Of a stretch of DNA of 64,000 nt, positions 57,553 to 64,000 are shown one piece after another; positions within the stretch are counted from its first letter, which is position 1, and every line of letters starts with the position of its first letter. This DNA is from a virus (Duplodnaviria > Caudoviricetes). The stretch lies in the IMG/VR virus record IMGVR_UViG_3300044825_002279, positions 345 through 64,344 of that record; one strand, 5' to 3'. The notes under the pieces are model-generated. The model had not been told where the DNA came from. It made no database searches and was given only the letters and a program-made list of their open reading frames with translations. The position numbers and the translations under genes are program-made.

Positions 57553-57868
57553 CCTGTGCCGAACCGCTGCCGCCTGTGCCGTGTTCTGTGCCGGTGCGTT
57601 CCGGGGGCAGCGGCCCGGGATAGAGCTTCTCCCATCCCGCCGGCGGGGGCTTGGAATGCTGCAGGTAGCAGCCCTGGTGGCCGCCGGCGCTGAGCATGTT
57701 GGCCATTAGCCCCAGCTCGTCGGCGGCGTCGGCGCGGCCCTGGTCGCGCAGCTCGTCCGAGCGCCGGCGCAGGAACAGGATGGCGTCGGCCCGCTCGAGG
57801 CATCGGTCCGCGCTCAGACCGTCCCATTCGGCCGGCCAGTGGACGATCAGGTCGGGTGCCCTACCCAT
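57542..57868 (-). CDS. Hypothetical protein
   Basis: GAGGGGG RBS; 3' end overlaps the att arm repeats. Confidence 0.5.
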   Translation of the reverse strand: MGRAPDLIVHWPAEWDGLSADRCLERADAILFLRRRSDELRDQGRADAADELGLMANMLSAGGHQGCYLQHSKPPPAGWEKLYPGPLPPERTGTEHGTGGSGSAQVES

Positions 57869-57913
57869 TCTCGTCCCCCTCGCGATCGGTTGCGCGCTGC
57901 TCATCTTCGGAGA

Positions 57914-58816
57914 TCACGGCTTATCCGCCTTAGCGGCCGCCTCGCGGGCCTTGGCGGCGGCCATGGCATCCTTCCACTCCTGGGTGTCGCGGTGCCAGCT
58001 GGGCTGGCCGGTAGCCCGGTCGTAGGTGGACATGGCGCCCAGGATCTCGAGCGCCCAGACCGAGAGCCGATCCAGAGGCAGGTCGGGCAGCTTGCCCTCG
58101 CCGTCCTGCACGATAACGCCGCGCTGCATGAAAGAATCCATGATCACCTGGTCGAGCGACGGCCTGGGCCAGGGCTGCCTGATCCATTCGGGCTTGGGCT
58201 CAGCGTTGCGCGATTGGAAGGTGACCTCGGAGTCCCCCGCGTCGAAGTCCTCGCCCGGTCCCCGTGGATACAGGTGGGGCTGCCAGTCCATGTCCCCCGC
58301 AGCCAGGGGCGGTGGGTGCTCCCGCTGGATCTCCGCCCTCGCCGGGATCGAGCACTTGATCGGGTGGTTGATCGGGCCCGGATCGGGGTCGACCCGCCCA
58401 TGCCCTTCCAGGATGGGCATCGGCCAGCCGGGCACCGGCTCGATCCAGGTTCTCGCGTCCGGCATCGTGAACCTGCTGCCGTAGGGCGCCATCCCCTTGA
58501 TCTTGAGGGTCTTCAGCGGCCGGAGCGAGGGGCGCAGCTCGAGCCAGGCCGCCTCGATGTCGATCCACTCCGGGCACGGGTCGGGGTAGAGCTCCACCTT
58601 GAGCTCGCGCGGCAGCTCGCAGGTGAGGTAGGCCTCGTCCGGCTTTTTCGGCCGGCCGACGAGCTCGATCGGGATCCGGACGCCGAAGTAGGCGATCTTG
58701 TCGACCAGCTTGCGCCCGGCTTCGTTGTCGGCGAAGCGGGTCAGCCACCGGCCCACGTCGTCGAGGTCGATCGAGAGGATCTCGATCAGGCCGGACGGGT
58801 GCGGAGGTTCGGTCAT
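57914..58816 (-). CDS. Hypothetical protein downstream of int
   Basis: 300 aa Pro/Trp-rich; GGAG RBS; genome-typical codon usage. Confidence 0.7.
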   Translation of the reverse strand: MTEPPHPSGLIEILSIDLDDVGRWLTRFADNEAGRKLVDKIAYFGVRIPIELVGRPKKPDEAYLTCELPRELKVELYPDPCPEWIDIEAAWLELRPSLRPLKTLKIKGMAPYGSRFTMPDARTWIEPVPGWPMPILEGHGRVDPDPGPINHPIKCSIPARAEIQREHPPPLAAGDMDWQPHLYPRGPGEDFDAGDSEVTFQSRNAEPKPEWIRQPWPRPSLDQVIMDSFMQRGVIVQDGEGKLPDLPLDRLSVWALEILGAMSTYDRATGQPSWHRDTQEWKDAMAAAKAREAAAKADKP

Positions 58817-58832
58817 GTGGTGGTCGCTCCGG

Positions 58833-59837
58833 TTAGGCCCCGGCCGCCAGGCGCTTGGCCGTGACGGCTTCCTCGGGCGTGAGGAAGTCGAGGTAGATCT
58901 CGGTGGTGGCGATGGTGCTGTGGCCCAGGATCTGCTGCAGGGCGTAGATCGAGCCGCCGTCGCGCAGGTAGCGGACCGCGAACAGGTGGCGCAGATCGTG
59001 GGTGCGGAACGGGACGCCGGCGGCCTTCCTGAGCTGGTGCAGGTAGCTGGCGAGGTTGTGGTAGCGGTCGGCACCGCCGTCGCGGGTCGGGTGCCAGAAC
59101 ACGAACGGGCAGCCCAGCCGCCGCGGTGTGCCGTGAAGTGTGCCGAGTGCCGCTGCCGTGAGCGGCACCGCCCGGGCCCGGCCGGTCTTGCTGCGCTCGA
59201 CCTGGAGCGCTGCCCGGGCCAGGTCGACCTGGCGCCAGGTGAGGCCGGCCGCCTCCTCGAGGCGCAGGCCCGTCTGCTCGAGCAGGCGGACCAGCGGCCG
59301 CAGGCGGGCGGGCAGGGCGGCCTGCAGCTGCTCGACCTGGTCCTCGGTCGGCAGCACGATCGGGTCGCGGCGCTCGCGGATCAGGCCGCGGTCATAGGCG
59401 CGGGCCGGGTTGGCCGGGAGCCAGCCCCAGCCCACGGCCGCCTGGAGCACGGCCGAGACGGCGGTGAGGTCGCGGCGGCGGGTGGCGTTGGTGATGCCGG
59501 GGCGGCCCGCGATGCGCGCCAGCACCCTGCGGTCGATCTCGTCGAGGTGGAGCGGGGCCAGGACGTCGCCGGCGACCTTGAGGCTCGACATGTAGCGGCG
59601 CAGCGTGGCCGGGCGCAGCGCCTGGGGTGCGACCTCGGCATGCCAACGCAGGGCGGCCTCCGCCCACAGGCGGCGCTCGTCGCCCCAGGCGGCGCGGCCG
59701 AGCCGATCGAGCTCTAGCCTGGCCCGCTCCTGGGCGAGCTTCCGAACACCCGTGCGTAGGCTTCGGCGATGCTCGCGACCGGCGATGGTGACCCGGAGCC
59801 ACCAGACCTGGCCGCGCCGGTAGAGATGGTCCGGCAC
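58833..59837 (-). CDS. int: Tyrosine integrase
   Basis: TGLRLEE, SKTGRAR, HDLRH, LGHS, TEIY catalytic residues; N-terminal arm-binding segment. Confidence 0.93.
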   Translation of the reverse strand: MPDHLYRRGQVWWLRVTIAGREHRRSLRTGVRKLAQERARLELDRLGRAAWGDERRLWAEAALRWHAEVAPQALRPATLRRYMSSLKVAGDVLAPLHLDEIDRRVLARIAGRPGITNATRRRDLTAVSAVLQAAVGWGWLPANPARAYDRGLIRERRDPIVLPTEDQVEQLQAALPARLRPLVRLLEQTGLRLEEAAGLTWRQVDLARAALQVERSKTGRARAVPLTAAALGTLHGTPRRLGCPFVFWHPTRDGGADRYHNLASYLHQLRKAAGVPFRTHDLRHLFAVRYLRDGGSIYALQQILGHSTIATTEIYLDFLTPEEAVTAKRLAAGA

Positions 59838-60016
59838 CGCGCTGCCCTCCCTTCCGCATCCTCGATCCACCGTAGCACCGCCTCGCGGCGGAATGTCCAG
59901 ACCCGGCCGAGCCGGGCCGCACTCGGGATCTCGCCACGGGCCGCCATCTGCTGCACCCCGCGCTCGCCCAGCCCGGTGAGTGCGACGACGTCGGCGACGC
60001 GGATGCGGGTCACCAT
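59714..60016 (-). CDS. xis: Excisionase-like HTH protein
   Basis: VADVVALTGL...GEIP.A.RLGRVWTF...V.RW; overlaps the int 5' end. Confidence 0.75.
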   Translation of the reverse strand: MVTRIRVADVVALTGLGERGVQQMAARGEIPSAARLGRVWTFRREAVLRWIEDAEGRAARCRTISTGAARSGGSGSPSPVASIAEAYARVFGSSPRSGPG

Positions 60017-60462
60017 CGCGGTGCGGCGTCCCACTCGGCGCGGTCCTGGTCGATCGGGTCGGCTACAAGCGCCCGATCTTCGGCGGCGGGGCGCAGGAAG
60101 AGAAACTCAGGGCCACCGGCTAGTGCGCATAGGGCAATCGCGGGCAGCGTGCGTGACGCCGGCCCCGCGCGCTGCTCGGGCTCCTGCACCGGCTCCAGCT
60201 CGATCGTCCAGTCCTGCGGCAGGGGCACCAGGTCGGCGTCGACCGCAGGGACGGCGGCGAGCACGGCCTGGTGCAGCCGATCGTTCAGCGCGACCTCGGC
60301 CTGCTCAAAGAGCCGGGTGCGCTCGGTGGCCGGGTGCACGGGCTCGGCATCCGCGCCGATCCAGCACAGCACGATCTCGATCGCCGTGGCGCCGATCGCG
60401 GCTTGCTGCGCGGGCGACAGCTTCGCCCACTCGGCCGAGCCGGAGAGGAAGGGGGCGGTCAT
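60010..60462 (-). CDS. Hypothetical protein
   Basis: ATGA coupling; 150 aa. Confidence 0.6.
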   Translation of the reverse strand: MTAPFLSGSAEWAKLSPAQQAAIGATAIEIVLCWIGADAEPVHPATERTRLFEQAEVALNDRLHQAVLAAVPAVDADLVPLPQDWTIELEPVQEPEQRAGPASRTLPAIALCALAGGPEFLFLRPAAEDRALVADPIDQDRAEWDAAPRW

Positions 60463-60773
60463 CTGCCGACCTCGGTTCCGTCGAGCCACGCGAACTGAGC
60501 GAGCGGGAAGTGCGCCCCGCAAGCGACGCAGAACGTCCCGCTGTAGAACTGAGGGTCACGCGCATAGGTCTCGGCGATCGCCTGTCCCATCCTGGTCTCG
60601 GTCCCGCAGGTGCGGTGCCGGTAGGAGTGACGGAGGGGGCGGACGAAGCCCTTGGCTCGCTCGTCGGCCGAGAGCACGACGTAGCCCTTTTGTTGGCCGT
60701 CGGGGCGCAGCTCGCGGTGGTCGGGGGTGACGGGCGAGCCGTCCGTCAGGGTGGTGCGAGGGCGCTCTGTCAC
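60459..60773 (-). CDS. Conserved Zn-binding phage protein
   Basis: HxxCG...TFCxxC..HFP motif. Confidence 0.7.
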   Translation of the reverse strand: MTERPRTTLTDGSPVTPDHRELRPDGQQKGYVVLSADERAKGFVRPLRHSYRHRTCGTETRMGQAIAETYARDPQFYSGTFCVACGAHFPLAQFAWLDGTEVGR

Positions 60774-60973
60774 AGCTTGCTCCTAACCTCGAGCACGAAC
60801 ATCCGGGTCTCTTGGTCGATTCGCATCGTCATGATCTGGCCGGCGTTGGCGTCGACCTCAGCGACAGGGATTTCGACGCGGCCGCCGGCGGAGCGGACCA
60901 GAGCCAGAAGCACCTGCTCCTTGAGCACCGGCAGCATGCGCTGCAGCTCGGCCTTCGCCCGGTCCGCGCTCAC
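60770..60973 (-). CDS. Hypothetical protein
   Basis: 67 aa with 4-nt overlaps. Confidence 0.55.
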   Translation of the reverse strand: MSADRAKAELQRMLPVLKEQVLLALVRSAGGRVEIPVAEVDANAGQIMTMRIDQETRMFVLEVRSKL

Positions 60974-62262
60974 GCCCGCGCCCTCAGCCCGCGCATCCGC
61001 TCCTCGCGGTCGAGGATCGCCTGGGCCTTGTCGATCAGCTCCTGGGTGGCGATCAGCTTGCCGTTCACCTTCCAGCCGTTGCGCTGCTCCATCACGGAGT
61101 AGTCGCGGCGGCGGAGTTCGACAGCCGCGTTCTTGGCCGTCATGGGTGCGGGGTCGTTCAGCTGGGCGAGGACCTGGACGTCGGAGACCAGGGGCGCGCG
61201 CGGGGCGGCGGTGGGCGGTGACGGTGGGGTTGGCGCGGGAGCCGGGTCCACGGCTGGCAGCTCGGATGCGGGCTCGACCACGGTCACCGGCTCGGGCTCT
61301 GCCACCGGTTCGAGCTCGGGCTCAGGCTCCACCGGCCGCGCCACCTGGGCGGCCATGCGGGCGTAGACTCTGCTGCGCGCGGTATCGACAGCTGAGCCGA
61401 AGCGACCTGATTCCGCTACCTGGGCGTCGGCGAGATCCGGCCGCACCATCTTGGGCGGGCCGAGGTGCAAGGCATCGCCATGGATCACGCCGTTGCGGAT
61501 CAGGCCGTAGATGGCCCCGAAGCTGACTCCCAGCATAGCGCCGTAGGTCTGGCAGTCGACGAAGCCCTCGGGCGCGGGGGAGGCGGGCTCTGCCGCAGGT
61601 TGCTCAGCGGGCTCCGCAACCGGATCCGAAACCTCGCCCTGTTTGACAACCGGATCGGCCGAAGCGGAAACCTCGACCGTCCCTGGGTCAACCGGATCGG
61701 CCGCAATGGAAACCTCTGAGGCCGAGACGGGAACCTCTGCGGGCGGGTCCTCCCACGGGGCGGGCAAGGTATGTGCGTCACACACATCCCTGGGCTCGAG
61801 ATCGGCCGCAGGCGTCGGATCACCCCAGGCCCGCCCAAACGCCGCGTCGAGATCCTCGGCTGTGGCTTCCGGTCCGAGGTAGCCGGGCTCGGCCAGACCG
61901 ACAGCCTCCTCGGGCTCGACGAACCCGCGCTCGACCAGATCGGCCACGAACTGCCGCTCGACCGTCGCCGGCGGAATAGGATCGGAATAAATCTCGCCGT
62001 TCTGCCCAGGCTCGGCGGCGGCCTCCGGCATAATTTCCGGCATATTTGGCGCCGGTTCCGGCGTGCCCACTGCGACCGGGAAATCCGCCAAGCCCGGCAC
62101 CACGAACAGGTCGGGCGCCACCTCGAACAGCGCGCGGCGGTAGCCCTCCAGGGCGACCTGGGCGGACTCCCACCGCCGGAACGCATCCTCGCGCTGGGCG
62201 ACCGCCGCGGTGATTGCCTGGAGCAGCTCGACCGAGCGGGGCATGGCCGGGGGGTGGTCCAT
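60970..62262 (-). CDS. Pro/Glu-rich hypothetical protein with an internal HTH-like segment
   Basis: ATG abuts the IS target duplication; YGAMLGVSFGAIYGLIRNG. Confidence 0.6.
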   Translation of the reverse strand: MDHPPAMPRSVELLQAITAAVAQREDAFRRWESAQVALEGYRRALFEVAPDLFVVPGLADFPVAVGTPEPAPNMPEIMPEAAAEPGQNGEIYSDPIPPATVERQFVADLVERGFVEPEEAVGLAEPGYLGPEATAEDLDAAFGRAWGDPTPAADLEPRDVCDAHTLPAPWEDPPAEVPVSASEVSIAADPVDPGTVEVSASADPVVKQGEVSDPVAEPAEQPAAEPASPAPEGFVDCQTYGAMLGVSFGAIYGLIRNGVIHGDALHLGPPKMVRPDLADAQVAESGRFGSAVDTARSRVYARMAAQVARPVEPEPELEPVAEPEPVTVVEPASELPAVDPAPAPTPPSPPTAAPRAPLVSDVQVLAQLNDPAPMTAKNAAVELRRRDYSVMEQRNGWKVNGKLIATQELIDKAQAILDREERMRGLRARA

Positions 62263-62268
62263 TTTATG

Positions 62269-62296
62269 GGGAACTATATACTTCACTCCCCGACAT
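62269..62296. repeat. IS1595 terminal inverted repeat
   Basis: 24/28 match to the reverse complement of 184-211. Confidence 0.85.
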
Positions 62297-62426
62297 CCTT
62301 TTTAGCCTTCCGTTCCTCGCGTTCGATCTTCTTCGCCACCTTCGCAGCGGCCTCGCCTTTGCCCTTGGGGCGGTAGGCCAGAACGTGCGTCGTGAAGGCG
62401 TCGAGGGCTTTCAAAATCTCGGTCAT
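62283..62426 (-). CDS. 47-aa basic ORF downstream of the transposase
   Basis: ATGA-coupled; VLAYRPK followed by a Lys-rich tail. Confidence 0.5.
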   Translation of the reverse strand: MTEILKALDAFTTHVLAYRPKGKGEAAAKVAKKIEREERKAKKDVGE

Positions 62427-63340
62427 GCGATCAAGTCCTTGTAGGTCAGACGCGGGCCGGTAGCGGCCATGAGAAGGCTGGTGATCCGGTCGAGCGTGTG
62501 GTGCTTCACGTCGCCGTCGTTGAGCCGGAAAGTGAACTCGCTAACGTAGCGGTCCAGATGCTTCGCGCTGGCACTGTGATAGACGCCGTGGAGGCCGCGC
62601 TTCATCACTGCCCAGACGCTTTCGATGCTGTTTGTGGTCACGCCGTCGCGGACGTATTCGCCCTGCCCATGGGCGACCGTCTCGTGCCGATAGAACAGCC
62701 CATCGAGCCCGAGGTAGCCGCCATGCTCGTCGGTATGGAGCGTAGAGCCCGGCTCGACGTGGCCGTGAACGGCGCGGTGGAGCGTGTTGGCGGACGTGTT
62801 CGGGATCACACCGGCCTTCGTCCGACCGCCCTTCTCGCGCATCCCCAGCACCGCAGTCTTGCCGACCGCACCGCGCCCAGCGTTAAGCTTCTTGCCCTTG
62901 TGCTTGTTGGCTTCCTTACCGCCAACATACATCTCGTCGATCTCGACGAAGCCGCGCAGGACGGTCGGATCGTTCCCGCAGGCTTCGCGGAGCCGCTGAA
63001 GCATGAACCACGCGGACTTTTGCGTGACCCCGATCTGCTTCGCCAGTTGAAGGCTGGAAATGCCCTTCCGGGCCGTGACCAGCAGATACATGGCGTAGAG
63101 CCACTTGTGCAGCGGGATATGGCTGCGCTCGAAGATGGTCGCGGTGCGAACGGTGAAGTCCGTCTTGCAGGCATTGCAGCGGTAGAAGCCGCCCTTGCGC
63201 GTGGTGATCCGCTTGGCCTCGTCGCAGGCCGGGCAGACGGCGCCGTCAGGCCACCGCTTACCCTCCATGTAGACCCGCGCGGCTTCCGCGTCGGGGAACA
63301 TTTGGAAAAGCTCGAACGTGGAGATCGTGGACTTGCTCAT
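62423..63340 (-). CDS. IS1595-family (ISXO2-like) DDE transposase
   Basis: N-terminal CPAC...C..C Zn ribbon; VEIDEMY, HTDE, TNSIESVW, Y..EF.FR.N. Confidence 0.93.
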   Translation of the reverse strand: MSKSTISTFELFQMFPDAEAARVYMEGKRWPDGAVCPACDEAKRITTRKGGFYRCNACKTDFTVRTATIFERSHIPLHKWLYAMYLLVTARKGISSLQLAKQIGVTQKSAWFMLQRLREACGNDPTVLRGFVEIDEMYVGGKEANKHKGKKLNAGRGAVGKTAVLGMREKGGRTKAGVIPNTSANTLHRAVHGHVEPGSTLHTDEHGGYLGLDGLFYRHETVAHGQGEYVRDGVTTNSIESVWAVMKRGLHGVYHSASAKHLDRYVSEFTFRLNDGDVKHHTLDRITSLLMAATGPRLTYKDLIA

Positions 63341-63567
63341 TGCCCATGCATCTTCTGTTCGAGGAAGAAAAGGCTGTTCTGGATGCCTTGAGAGGCATCG
63401 CCGCCGTCCATGGCATCTGCGATGCGCTTAAGGCTGACGGCGATTGAGGTAAGCGCGGCATCCGAGATACACGTGGTGACAGTCTTCGCCTCGCGCTCGA
63501 ACCGACCGTCCAATTCGTGCGGCTTGCTGAGCATGTCGGACAGCGGATCGGGATGAGGGCCGCTCAC
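63337..63567 (-). CDS. IS passenger hypothetical protein
   Basis: 76 aa with SIAVSLKRIAD motif; coupled to the transposase. Confidence 0.6.
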   Translation of the reverse strand: MSGPHPDPLSDMLSKPHELDGRFEREAKTVTTCISDAALTSIAVSLKRIADAMDGGDASQGIQNSLFFLEQKMHGQ

Positions 63568-63761
63568 AGGTCATACTCCGAAGTCACGCCGGTTAGCGAG
63601 AACTCGCGCTCCAAGTGATGTAGTTCGGCCTTCAAATCCTCGATGTCGTCGAGGGTGTATGAAGGGTCACCTCGCGCCTCGTCCAGATGGACGCGAGCGG
63701 CCTCGATCTCCAAGGCGAGGGCGCGAGCGCGGCGGTAGTTGGGGCGAAGAACGCTATGCAT
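63564..63761 (-). CDS. IS passenger hypothetical protein
   Basis: 65 aa; AAGGAG RBS. Confidence 0.55.
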   Translation of the reverse strand: MHSVLRPNYRRARALALEIEAARVHLDEARGDPSYTLDDIEDLKAELHHLEREFSLTGVTSEYDL

Positions 63762-63773
63762 GTCGGGCTCCTT

Positions 63774-63980
63774 TCAGGAGGTCATAGAGGCGGGGAGTTC
63801 GCGGGAGGCGAAGCCGAAGAACCGGGCGCGCTCATGTTGAGACCGCCAGTCATCGTAGGCGGCCCATTCAAGCGAGCCATCCGCCATGTAGCGGAAGACG
63901 CGACGGGTTAGGCCCTTGCGAAGCACAGGCTCAACCATGACGGTTGAGCCATTGGGGCCGATTTCAAGCGTGACGGCCAT
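63774..63980 (-). CDS. IS passenger hypothetical protein
   Basis: 68 aa; GGAGG RBS; TAATG coupling. Confidence 0.55.
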   Translation of the reverse strand: MAVTLEIGPNGSTVMVEPVLRKGLTRRVFRYMADGSLEWAAYDDWRSQHERARFFGFASRELPASMTS

Positions 63981-64000
63981 TAGACCGCCTCCGCCCAGAC

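Larger units (their letters stand above)
57320..57593. repeat. Putative attP: integrase arm-type repeats flanking a tRNA-derived core
   Basis: CTGTGCCG at 57351, 57554, 57574, 57586; inverted GGCACAG at 57320. Confidence 0.6.
1..64000. mobile_element. Near-complete temperate siphophage genome, apparently a linearised circle (attP form)
   Basis: Lysogeny, replication, packaging, head, tail and lysis modules all present; no host housekeeping genes; int and attP internal; one IS split across both window edges. Confidence 0.9.
62269..64000 (-). mobile_element. IS1595-family transposon with passenger genes (continues at 1-211)
   Basis: Transposase, 28-bp TIR, 8-bp TSD ATTTTATG, lower GC than flanks. 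Confidence 0.85.

Overview
The window is essentially one complete temperate, long-tailed (sipho-type) phage genome with high GC. The host is probably an alphaproteobacterium (inference from gene content). It appears to be a linearised circle in the excised, attP form. An IS1595-family transposon starts at 62269, runs off the right edge and ends at 211 on the left edge; its 28-bp inverted repeats are each flanked by the same 8-bp target duplication, ATTTTATG. Gene order: leftward early operon (RecT-like protein, small ORFs); lambda-like cI/cro switch with five 16-bp operators; helicase, VRR-NUC, primase-VirE and a mirror-symmetric iteron origin; ParB-MTase, TerS/TerL, portal-gpF fusion, protease and HK97 capsid; neck and tail genes with a -1 frameshift chaperone pair, tape measure and gpM/L/K/J-like genes; large adhesin-like genes; GH108 endolysin with spanins; a second appendage-like operon after the lysis genes; attP; int/xis. 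Most unusual: (1) attP carries a promoter plus only the 5' half of a tRNA-Ser(UGA), the reverse of the normal arrangement; (2) an uncharacterised ~400-aa domain occurs three times, twice behind a GH26-like barrel that has lost both catalytic glutamates and once as a free gene next to a collagen fibre gene; (3) opposite-strand cargo genes encode a secreted Zn-metalloprotease, an RTX-repeat protein and a small membrane protein. All functional calls come from motifs and gene order read by eye; no database searches were run.
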